Source: Bdellovibrionota bacterium
Lineage (GTDB): Bacteria > Bdellovibrionota > UBA1018 > UBA923
Direction: 5' to 3'
DNA length: 64,000 nucleotides
Assembly (NCBI GenBank): GCA_040754655.1
Contig: JBFMCE010000002.1
Span: forward strand, 1-64,000
In this document: one piece after another, positions 9,392 to 20,048 of the stretch
Numbering within the stretch: the first letter of the stretch is position 1
Layout of the letters: every line of letters starts with the position of its first letter
The notes under the pieces: model-generated
Databases searched by the model: none
What the model saw: the letters and a program-made list of their open reading frames with translations, nothing else
Told to the model about the DNA's origin: nothing
Program-made: the position numbers and the translations under genes

Positions 9392-10395
9392 GCAACGTCC
9401 TCCTCCCCTTCCGGAGCAGAAAGTTTTGAGATCGTAACCTTGTTGTCAATCTCGTACTGAGGCGCATTTTCATGCACCACTTCTTCTATGGCACGGCGCT
9501 GCTCTTCAGTTTGGGCCTCACCGCGAATAAGCAGATGATTTCCTTCAACCATGATCTTGAGGTCTTGCTGCCCGGTTCTCGCATCTTGAGTCAGGGCGTC
9601 TTTCACCTTGCCGACTACATAAGTCGTGGGTTGTTTGCGAGAAGCATGTTGCTCCGTATTTATGCGCGCAGGTTGAGGCTCGGGCGCCGCTTTGACCTGA
9701 GTATCTTTGGATGAGATGCTCGTAGGACCAAAACTTGTGGAAGAGCTGAAGGTCGAGTCGCCAAAGATCGTCTTGAACAGTTCAAAAATAATCTTATTTG
9801 GCACCCAGATGTCGTTCGACTGCGCATAAAACAAAAGCGCAAGCAAACGGCGGGGCGCCCTTCTGGCTCGTTTCAAGAGATAATCCCAATCCAGTGTCGC
9901 GTGAGAGAGAATGGCCAAAGCGTCGTGCCAATGGTGAGGGCCAATTTCATCATGCACGGCGCATTTGATGATGATCAAATCTTCAGGGCTCACGGTGCGC
10001 ACTTCACGTCCGTGATACTCAACCGGACGCGCCCGTTGATGCATCTCCGTATCGAAGTAAATGTCTCCGCGCGATCTGAAGATGATATCGACCAAGATTT
10101 CTTCCCGAAACCCTTTGAAGAGCCAGTTGAAATCTGTTTTTTCGGTGCGAAAACCCTTCTTTTCCAGCGCCTCTAACGCTGCACCGGCATCTTCGGGCCT
10201 CACAAAAATATCAATATCATGAGTTGAACGAGGACGACCAAGTCCGCTAGAAGCGACCCCACCAATAAGAGCGTAACCGATTTTCCTTTCCTCAAGGGAG
10301 TCGAGCGCGGCAAAGAGCGTTCGATTGAATCTCTCCCCGACTTCAGTGTTGCGTGCGCTTTGCAATAAAGACGGATCGGCCTTGGCTGTCTGCAT
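9388..10395 (-). CDS. Pol-beta-superfamily nucleotidyltransferase with C-terminal BON-like domain
   Basis: IGGVA...RSTHDIDIFV, VDII, SPEDLIIIK; C-terminal ALTQD...LIRGEA..EEQR...IDNKV resembles BON. Confidence 0.8.
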   Translation of the reverse strand: MQTAKADPSLLQSARNTEVGERFNRTLFAALDSLEERKIGYALIGGVASSGLGRPRSTHDIDIFVRPEDAGAALEALEKKGFRTEKTDFNWLFKGFREEILVDIIFRSRGDIYFDTEMHQRARPVEYHGREVRTVSPEDLIIIKCAVHDEIGPHHWHDALAILSHATLDWDYLLKRARRAPRRLLALLFYAQSNDIWVPNKIIFELFKTIFGDSTFSSSTSFGPTSISSKDTQVKAAPEPQPARINTEQHASRKQPTTYVVGKVKDALTQDARTGQQDLKIMVEGNHLLIRGEAQTEEQRRAIEEVVHENAPQYEIDNKVTISKLSAPEGEEDVA

Positions 10396-10497
10396 GAAAT
10401 CCCCCCTTTGAACGCCAGATCAAGGCCTTGAATCAAGTTTCAGGCCAACTCCCGTCAATACACAGAAATCCCACTGTTCGACTGCTTAGGTTAAACG

Positions 10498-10513
10498 CGG
10501 CCCATAATTTGCT
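10498..10513 (+). promoter_or_regulatory. Sigma54-type promoter for KGG gene
   Basis: CGGCCC-ATAAT-TTGCT with exact GG/GC spacing. Confidence 0.55.
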
Positions 10514-10587
10514 AAGGAATCAGCCTTTGAGGGTTAGTGGTGCCAGACCACTCGTAATGTCCCGTCAGTCCAATAAGGAGATAAACA

Positions 10588-10890
10588 ATGGCTAAGAAGA
10601 AAAGCTCGCGCTCAAAGAAGTCTTCACGTTCGCCTTTAGGATCGACTTTAAGCAAAGCTCGATCGAAAAAGAAAAGCCCACGCAGTCGTGAACACTTTTC
10701 TGAAATGGGGAAAAAAGGCGGCCGAACATCGCTCGGCGGTTCACGCCGTTCGGCAGCCAAGCCGTCGTCTTCGTCTTCATCTGCGCGTTCACGCAGCCGC
10801 ACGCGTAAAATGGAGCCCACTCGTGAACTGCTTGCCGACATCAGCAAAATCGGCAAATCGATTCGCAAAAGAGTAAAACAAGCACTTTGA
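10588..10890 (+). CDS. Small basic KGG-motif general-stress protein
   Basis: REHFSEMGKKGG motif; strong SD AAGGAG. Confidence 0.75.
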   Translation: MAKKKSSRSKKSSRSPLGSTLSKARSKKKSPRSREHFSEMGKKGGRTSLGGSRRSAAKPSSSSSSARSRSRTRKMEPTRELLADISKIGKSIRKRVKQAL

Positions 10891-10970
10891 GAGTTTTTCG
10901 GGCGCCCCGGCAGCATTTGATTTTGCTCGGTGGCGCCCAGTGCAAATTGCCTGATGGAGGCGTTTGAAGC

Positions 10971-11366
10971 GTGGCACAACAGAAGATGCTTTTGGTCGAA
11001 GATGAAGACGACTTGCGCACTCTTCTTGAAGAATACTTGAAAGACAATGGTTTGGATGTGATCTCATTCGGTTCGGCAGACAAAGCTCTGCCTTATTGGC
11101 GGCGGCATGCCGATGAAATTGATCTCATTCTTACTGACATGCGCATGCCCGGGAACATTGACGGAATTGGACTCGCCCAAGAAGTGCGGTCGCGCACGGG
11201 CCACCAACCAGCCATCGTCATGATCTCAGGATTTGAACCGCCTCCAGAAAGATTGTTGCAACAACTCTCGATTACCGAGTTTATTTCAAAACCCTTCCGA
11301 ATCTCAGAGCTTTCCAAGCTCTGCCAGAAAAAGATCGATCAACAGAGCGCCGAAGGCTCGGCTTAA
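10971..11366 (+). CDS. Single-domain response regulator
   Basis: LLVEDE, LTDMRMPG, ISG, SKPF. Confidence 0.92.
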   Translation: MAQQKMLLVEDEDDLRTLLEEYLKDNGLDVISFGSADKALPYWRRHADEIDLILTDMRMPGNIDGIGLAQEVRSRTGHQPAIVMISGFEPPPERLLQQLSITEFISKPFRISELSKLCQKKIDQQSAEGSA

Positions 11367-11373
11367 GCTGAAA

Positions 11374-11919
11374 TCACAGGAAGATCGGTTTGAAGTGCCG
11401 AGGCAGGTGGAAGTCTGGTTTTTCTTGCGCAGGCAGGAACAAACTCCAGTAAGACCGGGGCTTGCCCAGAATCGCGAAGGCGTTTCCTTGAAGATCCTCT
11501 TTGGCCCCTGTCCATCCCAACTTCTTTAGTGGAATGCCGAATTCCGCTTCCCAAGCCGTCTCACTCAAGACCTTTGAAGAATGGGTGAATCCCGAAGAAA
11601 AGTCTTTATTGAACTTCTTGCGCGGTTTGAAGATCTCAAGCTCAAAATACTGGCCCAAAGGGCTGATCTGGAACTCGTAGTACGTAGGCTGAGGAGAGGC
11701 GCGTAAAAACACCTCGACTACATCCCATTCCCAAAGCCCCCAGGCTGATGCACCCATTGGCAACTTTGAATTCGTAAAAGATGGGACGCCGTCCACCTTG
11801 AACTTTGCCTTTAAAAGCGCCGCCCTTGAATCGAGGTCAAATTCAACTTTGACTTGAGTTTTTTCAAGCCCTGAACTCCCCGACTCAGAGTGTACAATCT
11901 TGAGACTCTGGATCGCCAT
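11374..11919 (-). CDS. DOMON/CBM9-like domain protein
   Basis: LWEWDVVEVF, YYEFQISPLG, PDFH motifs. Confidence 0.65.
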   Translation of the reverse strand: MAIQSLKIVHSESGSSGLEKTQVKVEFDLDSRAALLKAKFKVDGVPSFTNSKLPMGASAWGLWEWDVVEVFLRASPQPTYYEFQISPLGQYFELEIFKPRKKFNKDFSSGFTHSSKVLSETAWEAEFGIPLKKLGWTGAKEDLQGNAFAILGKPRSYWSLFLPAQEKPDFHLPRHFKPIFL

Positions 11920-12895
11920 CGTCTAAAACCTGCACCTGAGGGACATTGCTCAATTTTGCTACGCCTTCACGCTCGAGCACCCCATCTCGATAACGGTCCA
12001 TATCGCCCTGATACTGCTCACAGTTCCTATTCGCGCCCACTTTATTGCATGAGAGCCTAAACTTATAGACCTCGCCTGGCGCCGTCACGACCTCAAAACG
12101 CAACTCTCCCCCATTGGATTCATAACTGGTATTGTAAATGGTTCCCGTTTCTGGCGTGTGGCTGATCCCTTTGAGGGGCCAATCGATCAAATGGATGTCA
12201 AAGCGGCCGTCAGGATAAATGTTCAAGACCACTTTTTCAGGCTTGCCATCCATGTACTCGGTGTTTTCTTTGACCGCCCTCACGAAATCCGTCGATTCAT
12301 CGCTGTTTTTAAGATTCTCTTGCTGTTTCTTAGACCAATTTCCATAGATCAGTTCACGTTCCTTGAGGAGTTGTTGGGCTTCGTCCGGGGCCTTCTTCAG
12401 CGTCTCTTGATACTCCGCAAGTTCAGTCTCTAGCTGCGTGGCCACTTCCCGTTCTTTTTCGTCTCGCGCCTCTGTCAAAGGCAGCTCACCCAGGCTTTTC
12501 ATCACGGCCGCAAAGTTCTCAGCTGCAGACGCAAGATCCGCATCAACGGGTTCAAGAAGTTGCTTGAGCTTCTCGTCAATCTTTCCAAGCTTTCGGTCAT
12601 AACAGCCTAGCAGCGCCGATATTCTTCCAGCTCGCGCATCGGCTTGATCGATGTCTTTCGCTTTTCTTCGAACGGTAGCGATCTGATTGGGATGGGGTTT
12701 TTCTTTCCACAAAAAGAACGAGTTCTTCGTAAACATCGCCTCGGTTCCGCCAGGCAGGCTTTCAAGCCTTGCAGGCTCGATGTTTTCTTTCGGCGCCTTG
12801 CGATTTTCGGCACGAAAACACCCGCTGCCCGCAAGAATCACCGCGAACAGCACAAGTACAAGTGGAGTATTTTTCGACACGCCCTTTTTTTTCAT
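11885..12895 (-). CDS. Hypothetical lipoprotein with coiled-coil region
   Basis: Basic N-terminus, hydrophobic stretch, lipobox-like AGSG-C. Confidence 0.6.
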   Translation of the reverse strand: MKKKGVSKNTPLVLVLFAVILAGSGCFRAENRKAPKENIEPARLESLPGGTEAMFTKNSFFLWKEKPHPNQIATVRRKAKDIDQADARAGRISALLGCYDRKLGKIDEKLKQLLEPVDADLASAAENFAAVMKSLGELPLTEARDEKEREVATQLETELAEYQETLKKAPDEAQQLLKERELIYGNWSKKQQENLKNSDESTDFVRAVKENTEYMDGKPEKVVLNIYPDGRFDIHLIDWPLKGISHTPETGTIYNTSYESNGGELRFEVVTAPGEVYKFRLSCNKVGANRNCEQYQGDMDRYRDGVLEREGVAKLSNVPQVQVLDDGDPESQDCTL

Positions 12896-12918
12896 GTCTT
12901 GCCTCACCATTAAAGAAA

Positions 12919-14187
12919 TCAGAAAAACAACACGACTTCCACCGCGACAAAATCATTCTTCACAACGTTATATCCCGCAAAGGGTTTGCAATAAGCCAGA
13001 TTGAGTTGAAACGGAACCGGCGTCTCTTTGGCTCGGTACATCTCGACCGTCGAAAAACCCAGGCCGAAGGTCGCGCTGTGCAGCATCTGGCGCGTATCTC
13101 GCGAAAGCAAGCTGTAGCGGTGAGGTTGAAACTTGCTTCCTCTATAAGAGGCCGGAGTCATGTATTGAAAACCGTAGGCCGCGCCAAAGTTCAATCCAAA
13201 CGGAAGCTCATAGGTCAACGCAGCGCCTGAACTCACGCTATCACCCAGATCGCGGTCTACTCTTTCGACATCTCGAGAAAGAAGCTCAGTCTCAGACTCT
13301 GGGATGCGCCGGTCGATTTCATCTGGAAGCTGGGCCGTATAGCCCGCGTAAAGGTTTGCCCTAAAACGGTGAGGTTCATCGAGGAAACGGTCGTAAATCA
13401 CCATCGCGCCGATGTCAGCTTGGCCGTCGCCCGTCGGAACATCAAGGGCTTTGTTCGCATTCGGCGGAGTTCCTGTAGGAAGAGTGAGTTCACTCTTGAA
13501 AGTGACGGCATCGTCCCTATTTTCAACTACGCGGTATTTGCCCACGACTTTCACATCGCCGATGTTTGAAATGCGCTCAGACTTGATGGGCTCGTAACCC
13601 AGTCGTTTGAGCTTCGTATTCACGGCATCGTTGAGTTTCTGGGCCGCTCGATTGCATTCAGCCGGGTCGGTTTCGCAAATGCTTTTCACAAAAGCCTCGC
13701 CCTGGGCGCTTTTGATGAGACCTGTATCCGCATTCACCTGCACATCAACCACGGGCACCGCCACCGCCATCGTGAGTTTTTCGGTAACCCCCATCGCAAA
13801 GACCGGAACCTTTACATTGGCGTAAGTGTTCACCACGCCGGTAGATGCTCCGGCCGCCTCGTCATTGCCAAAATTGAGGTCTCGAAGAACGCCTTCCACT
13901 TTCGCTTTCTTGAAGTCGTTCTCTTGGCCGTCGATCACGTCTTGCCAGGTGATCGTTTTATTGAGTTTGCCGCCAAGCGGTTCGATGCCGCCTGTGTCGC
14001 CATATTTTTCATCCATGAACAAGATCAGGTCTTTGAACCGGGGATTGCGCACCCCTTTGGGAAGCACCGCCGTGGTTTCAAAGTCAAAAGGGGCTCTGAG
14101 ATCCGCTGCGGATGCAGAATCAAGAGAGGTGCCTGGCAGCGCCAAGCTTCCGATCGCTAGAATAAAGGTCATCACTACGACTTGCAT
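12919..14187 (-). CDS. Probable outer-membrane beta-barrel protein
   Basis: Signal peptide, IGDV..GKY, LTLPTG, alternating strands, C-terminal Phe. Confidence 0.6.
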   Translation of the reverse strand: MQVVVMTFILAIGSLALPGTSLDSASAADLRAPFDFETTAVLPKGVRNPRFKDLILFMDEKYGDTGGIEPLGGKLNKTITWQDVIDGQENDFKKAKVEGVLRDLNFGNDEAAGASTGVVNTYANVKVPVFAMGVTEKLTMAVAVPVVDVQVNADTGLIKSAQGEAFVKSICETDPAECNRAAQKLNDAVNTKLKRLGYEPIKSERISNIGDVKVVGKYRVVENRDDAVTFKSELTLPTGTPPNANKALDVPTGDGQADIGAMVIYDRFLDEPHRFRANLYAGYTAQLPDEIDRRIPESETELLSRDVERVDRDLGDSVSSGAALTYELPFGLNFGAAYGFQYMTPASYRGSKFQPHRYSLLSRDTRQMLHSATFGLGFSTVEMYRAKETPVPFQLNLAYCKPFAGYNVVKNDFVAVEVVLFF

Positions 14188-14228
14188 GGTACGACTCCGG
14201 ACGGTATCGGGCGGTTACTGTTACGGGT

Positions 14229-15074
14229 CTAATTGCCCAGGCTTTTCCGAAAAATCTTGGCGTCGCGAATGTCCATTCGCGTTTCGGGCACACGTTCCGG
14301 ATTGTACGCCGCAGGATTGCCCTCAAAACGGATCAGTTCATCAAGCACTTGTTTTGCTTTCTCTTTCTGACCTCGATCCACGAGAACTGTTGAGTAGTAA
14401 ATGACGTTAAGGGAATTGGGATATTGTTTCTTCTTTGGATCAGCATTGCAATTCTCGTAGGCCTTTCCAAGCAGATCAAGGGCAGCGGCCTTATTGCCAT
14501 CGTGGGTGATCGGAAGTTTGAAATACATCCAACCCAATGTTCTTGCGGGCCCCCAACAATCGATCTCGCGGCCTACGACCGTCTTGCCATCGATGATCGC
14601 TTTCTTTCGCATCGCCGTTTCTGCCGCGCGTTTCAAATCCGTGCGTTCCTCGAGAACGTTGTCTACACCCGCCGCCAGACCATAACGACCGTGGTTGATC
14701 GCCAGGTAATAATGCCCTTCAGCGCGGTTGGGCTCGACCTTCAAGGCTTCTTTTGCGGCGTTCATGCCACGTTCGTGCACAGCCATCTTGGGCCTGTTTG
14801 GAGTTTCCGCCTCAGGAACAAGCATGCCTTCGTAATACAGGCAGCGTGATTCAAGGATGAAAGCCTCAAACTGCACTTCTTTATCGCCGGCGTCTACCGC
14901 GGCATTGGCAGCACGCCTTGCCGTCGACACGCAGTTCCTGGTGGTCTCAACACCTCTTTCCCGGTCTAGAAACAACTGCCAGGCCTGTTCATATAATTTT
15001 TTTTGCGGAGTATTGGCGAGAACGGTTGGCACAGTCACTAGAAATGTAACTATCGAAAATAGTACACGATTCAT
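14229..15074 (-). CDS. Secreted TPR-like protein (TatT-like)
   Basis: Signal peptide; PNRAEGHYYLAINHGRYG, GPARTLGWMYFKLP; ATG 15074 after GGGGGAG. Confidence 0.6.
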   Translation of the reverse strand: MNRVLFSIVTFLVTVPTVLANTPQKKLYEQAWQLFLDRERGVETTRNCVSTARRAANAAVDAGDKEVQFEAFILESRCLYYEGMLVPEAETPNRPKMAVHERGMNAAKEALKVEPNRAEGHYYLAINHGRYGLAAGVDNVLEERTDLKRAAETAMRKKAIIDGKTVVGREIDCWGPARTLGWMYFKLPITHDGNKAAALDLLGKAYENCNADPKKKQYPNSLNVIYYSTVLVDRGQKEKAKQVLDELIRFEGNPAAYNPERVPETRMDIRDAKIFRKSLGN

Positions 15075-15215
15075 TGCTCCCCCTTGCTTATTAAAGCCCC
15101 TTGCCTGCAAAGCTGCGGCTCTTTTATGTGGAGCGTTAGAAGGTGGCAATACGCACCGCGTCATGGCTTTTACAATGACGTCTTTTTAAAGACCGTTCAC
15201 TTAAATAAATTAAAT

Positions 15216-16184
15216 CTATTTAGCCAGGCTTCCGAGCTTTCGCGCAAGCGCGACGAAAGTCTGCGCTTCCGTCTTGAGCTCGCCTTGCAAAGAGGGCAAC
15301 GTCTTCTCAAGCTCTCGCACGGTCGCGACATAGTCTTTCTGAAAGGCAAAAAGTTTTCCAAGATTGTGCCTTGCCATCGGCGCCGCAGGATCTAGCCTCA
15401 GGCAATCCTTGCAGAGATCGACGCACCGCTCGATATACAGCCGAACCATCTCCACTAAACGATCTGGGTTTAGCGGAGAAATGGAATGCGCCTTCTTGAA
15501 ACATTCCTCTGCCTTGTCCAAATCGTGTCGCGCCAGATAAAGACTGCCAAGCGCCCAAATCGCCCGCGTGTAGTCTGGCTTGAGGCTGACAGCCTTTTTC
15601 AACAAGGTTTCCGCGACGGGATAATCAGGTTTCGTAAGATAGTATTGGCCCACTTTAAAAAGTGCGATGGGGTTGGTGGGAGCGCTCGCGATTGCGCTCT
15701 TGAAATTTTCTTCGGCCTCCCTGAACTTTTTCTCGCGAACCGCCAAATGAGCTTCCCTGAGCAAGAGCCTCCAAGGTTCCTTTGGCATCGCCCTCCAGGC
15801 CTTATACTTTTCGAGCTGGGCCTTGATATCAGCTGCCGCGAAAGGCTTCACCAAGATCGAATGGGCCTCGATCTCTTCGGCCAGAGCCAAAAGGATTGGG
15901 CTTCGCTCTTCAAGGGCCAGGATGACATACAAATCATCGTCAGCGGTACCTCCCAACGACTGAACCAGCCGGTACGCCGAGCCATCGCCTAAATCAATTT
16001 CACTGATGATCAACTGGATGGGGTTCTCTTTGTAAGCCCGCAGCGCCGATCCCATGGTGGGAGCATAGAAAGTCTTGTAATCCCCCAACGTGCGCACGTA
16101 CTGGTCCATCGTGTCTTTCAGAAGGATCTTCGTGCCTACGTTGAGCAAGTTGATGCGGCCTTCGGCCTCGAGTTGATCTGGCAT
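15216..16184 (-). CDS. Atypical receiver domain plus TPR repeats
   Basis: LIISEIDLGDGS (Glu at phosphoacceptor position), LVKPF, several TPR units. Confidence 0.75.
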   Translation of the reverse strand: MPDQLEAEGRINLLNVGTKILLKDTMDQYVRTLGDYKTFYAPTMGSALRAYKENPIQLIISEIDLGDGSAYRLVQSLGGTADDDLYVILALEERSPILLALAEEIEAHSILVKPFAAADIKAQLEKYKAWRAMPKEPWRLLLREAHLAVREKKFREAEENFKSAIASAPTNPIALFKVGQYYLTKPDYPVAETLLKKAVSLKPDYTRAIWALGSLYLARHDLDKAEECFKKAHSISPLNPDRLVEMVRLYIERCVDLCKDCLRLDPAAPMARHNLGKLFAFQKDYVATVRELEKTLPSLQGELKTEAQTFVALARKLGSLAK

Positions 16185-16384
16185 GTAGATTTTATTTTGA
16201 ATCAACCCCTGAAAAACGGAAGAAATAAAATGCCCGAGCGAGGCCAATTCCGAGAATTTTGAGGTAGGAAAAAATATCCACTTTTTTGTAGCATTGCAGC
16301 ATGGCTGCTTATAATATACCGAAATTGTCAACGTACATACTAAAGTGATTTAGCCGGCCTCAAACAAAAGTCTAAGGAGACTCC

Positions 16385-18553
16385 ATGGCTCAAACGCAAA
16401 AAGAACACAAATCCTATGTAGCCGACTCGGCTAATATGCGTGAACTGACTCCGATCGCTCTCGTCATGGGATCGATCCTGGGGATCATTTTTGGCGCCTC
16501 ATCGCTTTACCTTGCCCTGAAAGTCGGAATGACGGTCAGCGCATCCATTCCGGTAGCGGTTCTTTCAATAACTCTGTTTCGCGCCTTTTCGAAAGTTTTT
16601 CATGTCAGACGCGCGACGATCCTTGAGAACAATATCGTCCAGACCACTGGGAGCGCCGGTGAATCGATTGCGTTTGGCGTTGCCGTGACCATGCCGGCCC
16701 TTTTGATCTTGGGTTATGACATGGAAGTCGGGCGCACGATGCTGATCGCGGTTTTAGGCGGAATCTTGGGTATCTTGATGATGATTCCGTTGCGTTACGC
16801 ATTGATCGTCAAAGAACATGGCAAACTCGCGTATCCTGAAGGCACGGCTTGCGCAGAGGTTTTGATCGTAGGTGAAGAAGGCGGGACGAGCGCAAAGACC
16901 GTCTTCACGGGCTTTTTCATCGGGCTTCTCTATAAAGTGGCAAACGTCGGACTCAAGCTTTGGACGGACGTGGCTGAGAAGGCCATCTCTTGGTTCAAAG
17001 GCGCATCCGTGGCCGCCGAAGTGTCGCCTGAACTCTTGGGCGTAGGCTATATCATCGGCCCTCGCATCGCTTCGATCATGGTCGCAGGCGGAGTGCTCTC
17101 GAGCTGGGTCTTGATCCCAGCCATCAAGTTGTTCGGAGATGGATTGGCTCAGCCCTTGTTTCCGGCCACAAAGCTGATTTCCGAGATGGGACCGCACGAG
17201 GTCTGGAAAAACTACGTCCTCTACATCGGAGCGGGAGCCGTAGCCGCCGGCGGCATCATTAGCCTTATCCAAAGCCTTCCGACCATCGTTCAGTCGGCTG
17301 CCGCGGGTTTCGGAAGTTTGAAGAATACGGGCATCCGGGGCATCAGCAACAAACGCACTGAGCGGGATCTTCCGCTGAAGTTCGTTTTCATGGGCCTGGT
17401 GTTGCTGATCGTCGCGATCTGGCTCACCCCTTCACTGAAGATGAACTTGCTCGGAGCATTGCTCATCATTGGTTTTGGTTTCTTATTTGTAACAGTGAGT
17501 TCTCGGTTGACAGGCACCATCGGTTCTTCGTCAAACCCGATCTCGGGAATGACGGTAGCGACCCTGCTTCTGACAAGCTTGATTTTTCTGCTCTTGGGAT
17601 GGGTTGGAGCGGACTATCGGGTGACAGCTCTCAGCGTCGCAGCGATCGTCTGTGTTGCTGCTTCGAACGGCGGCACGACCTCGCAAGATCTTAAGACTGG
17701 CTTCTTGGTCGGGGGCACTCCGAAGTCGCAGCAAATCGCGATCTTGGTTGGCGCGTTCACCTCTGCACTGGTCATCGGTTACACTCTCAACGTGCTCAAT
17801 GACGCTTCAACGATTTACTCGAAGAAAGACCTTCCAAGAAATCGAATCGATGTTTCCACTTTGACTCGAAAGGAAAAGATCAAAGGACCTGAAGCGATCG
17901 AAGATAGCAAGCTCTACCACGTCTTGCAATTGGGAGAGACTCAGAAGACTGGCCCTCTTGCCGGCATCGCAGCAGGCAAGTACCTGGTCGACGAATCAGG
18001 CCACATTCGATACGTGGTTGATCCAGGCATCAATGGAACGCTCAAGACCCGCGACAACGGGGCTTCCGTTCAAAAGTATGAAGCGCCTAAAGCGCGCCTG
18101 ATGTCGATGATCATCGATGGCATCTTGACCCAACAACTTCCCTGGGGACTGGTTCTCTTGGGTGTCGCGATTGCCGTCTTGATGGAACTCTGCGGCGTTT
18201 CAGCTTTGCCATTCGCCGTCGGAGTTTACTTGCCGATGTCGAGCTCGATGCCGATCTTCATTGGCGGCGTGGTACGCTGGCTCTCTGATCGTAGGAACAA
18301 ATCTTCGGCAGCCGAGTCTGAAAGCAGCCCCGGCGTTCTTGCATCCTCAGGCCTCATTGCTGGTGGAGCGATCGCAGGTATCGTGCTTGCTCTCATGTCT
18401 GTGAATGAGAACATTGGCTCCTTCCTAGACCTGAGCAAAGTATTTCCAGGAATCGCAGGAAGCATGACCACCGCAGTAGTAATGTTCGGGCTGCTGTGTG
18501 CATTCTTGTATCTCACGGCCGTCGGAAAATTCGGGAAAGCAAAGCGTAAATAA
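16385..18553 (+). CDS. Oligopeptide transporter, OPT family
   Basis: [42 protein letters not shown]. Confidence 0.95.
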   Translation: MAQTQKEHKSYVADSANMRELTPIALVMGSILGIIFGASSLYLALKVGMTVSASIPVAVLSITLFRAFSKVFHVRRATILENNIVQTTGSAGESIAFGVAVTMPALLILGYDMEVGRTMLIAVLGGILGILMMIPLRYALIVKEHGKLAYPEGTACAEVLIVGEEGGTSAKTVFTGFFIGLLYKVANVGLKLWTDVAEKAISWFKGASVAAEVSPELLGVGYIIGPRIASIMVAGGVLSSWVLIPAIKLFGDGLAQPLFPATKLISEMGPHEVWKNYVLYIGAGAVAAGGIISLIQSLPTIVQSAAAGFGSLKNTGIRGISNKRTERDLPLKFVFMGLVLLIVAIWLTPSLKMNLLGALLIIGFGFLFVTVSSRLTGTIGSSSNPISGMTVATLLLTSLIFLLLGWVGADYRVTALSVAAIVCVAASNGGTTSQDLKTGFLVGGTPKSQQIAILVGAFTSALVIGYTLNVLNDASTIYSKKDLPRNRIDVSTLTRKEKIKGPEAIEDSKLYHVLQLGETQKTGPLAGIAAGKYLVDESGHIRYVVDPGINGTLKTRDNGASVQKYEAPKARLMSMIIDGILTQQLPWGLVLLGVAIAVLMELCGVSALPFAVGVYLPMSSSMPIFIGGVVRWLSDRRNKSSAAESESSPGVLASSGLIAGGAIAGIVLALMSVNENIGSFLDLSKVFPGIAGSMTTAVVMFGLLCAFLYLTAVGKFGKAKRK

Positions 18554-18586
18554 GCCCGGCTTCTTAAAGAACGGACTTTAGACGGA

Positions 18587-18628
18587 AAAGCCCGGTATAA
18601 CGTGGGTGATCACTTTATACCGGGCTTT
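18587..18628. terminator. Probable bidirectional intrinsic terminator
   Basis: AAAGCCCGGTATAA / TTATACCGGGCTTT 14-bp inverted repeat between convergent genes. Confidence 0.8.
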
Positions 18629-18732
18629 CGTATTTTTCTGGCTTTGCTCAAAATAGGCGGGCAGCGACCGACGGAACCGCAGCACACAAAATACGCCGCC
18701 ACGAGGACGCAGATTACCCAACAACACAGATG

Positions 18733-19938
18733 TTAAAACGCTTTGAATCGGATCGTGCCAGTGGCAAGCACCGCGCCCCGGAAAGATTCCCTCACTTGGC
18801 TCATGTCCATCCGTTTGGGATTCTTGATCACGTTGCTGTCGTATTCTGCCCTAGCTTGGGCACCCAAGAAAAACTTTAGGGCATCTGACCTGAATACTTC
18901 ATAGTTTACGCTCCCACGAGCGCCCACGCTGTGCCCCATAAATCCTCGTGAACTGAGGCCAAGTGAGTCTGACGTATTCTCAATCACCGTGCCGTACCCG
19001 CTATAGTCGTAGCTCACAGGATCACAATAATAAGCACCTTCGCTATACCTGTCGTAACAGGTGTGCCAGGCCACGTTTGAATAACTGACATTTCCTCTGA
19101 AACGATCGCTGTATTCGTTGTTTCTGCGCACTGCCTCTGAGCCTATGCGCAAGGTGTAATAAGCCACTGCTTCAATAACCAAGCGCTTGTCACCGCTACG
19201 GTACTTATACTCAATCGAAACCGGCAGACGAAAACTGCGTTCCGCGATCTCGTAGCGAGTGTCAACCGTGCGCTCAAGCGTTCCGCCGCCAAAGTAGACC
19301 TCGCTGTTGTCAGCTCGCGTATTGTCTGCGCGAGAATTGTGGGCATACTCGGGCTCACCATCAATTTTGGCATAATCAGGTTCGTAAAAAACCCCGGGTG
19401 GCACAAGCACCGCATCTGAACGCGTTTGAGAGCTCTCAAAAGAGCTTTCATAGGTGCGCTTGGTGTAGGGGTTGATCCCTATACGGGCAAGCAATTCTTG
19501 GTCTTTCGATTTGTGCATTTTAGCCACTACGCTCACTTCGATAAGTGAAAGCTCTAAATAACGATCTGCTTCGACTCCCTTGCCGGGCAGCCCCACAATT
19601 CCCGGAAAGCCTGTAAGTTCAATTCCCCAAGTCTTGTTGAAGAAATACCGACCTTTCGCCGAGACTTCCCACTCTGCGATCGATGCTCGTTGGTCGCGTA
19701 TACCAGCCATAAAGCCCATATCAATGCGCCCACTCAAACGATCTGGATCACCAATCATCAACACACCCTTAAGATCAACCACACCTCGAGTAGAACCCTC
19801 TGTGTAGCCAGAAGCGTGGTAAGTGCCGGTGCCCACTTTGGTATCAAAGATAAGATCACTGTCTGCTTGAGAGAAGGGTGCCGTCAGCACAGCGCCACAA
19901 GTGACCATCAACATGCCAAGAAGCTGCTTTGTATTCAT
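18733..19938 (-). CDS. Hypothetical secreted protein, probable beta-barrel
   Basis: Signal peptide, Gly/Tyr-rich amphipathic strands, C-terminal Phe. Confidence 0.55.
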   Translation of the reverse strand: MNTKQLLGMLMVTCGAVLTAPFSQADSDLIFDTKVGTGTYHASGYTEGSTRGVVDLKGVLMIGDPDRLSGRIDMGFMAGIRDQRASIAEWEVSAKGRYFFNKTWGIELTGFPGIVGLPGKGVEADRYLELSLIEVSVVAKMHKSKDQELLARIGINPYTKRTYESSFESSQTRSDAVLVPPGVFYEPDYAKIDGEPEYAHNSRADNTRADNSEVYFGGGTLERTVDTRYEIAERSFRLPVSIEYKYRSGDKRLVIEAVAYYTLRIGSEAVRRNNEYSDRFRGNVSYSNVAWHTCYDRYSEGAYYCDPVSYDYSGYGTVIENTSDSLGLSSRGFMGHSVGARGSVNYEVFRSDALKFFLGAQARAEYDSNVIKNPKRMDMSQVRESFRGAVLATGTIRFKAF

Positions 19939-20048
19939 GAAAACCCCCGGTCGCCTTATTAGAGGGGGTGTTCAGACCTGACAAGGAGCGGTGCGGCATT
20001 TGTTTTTTAAATCACTGTATTTAATGAGAGCAGTCTAGCTGTTCTCAC

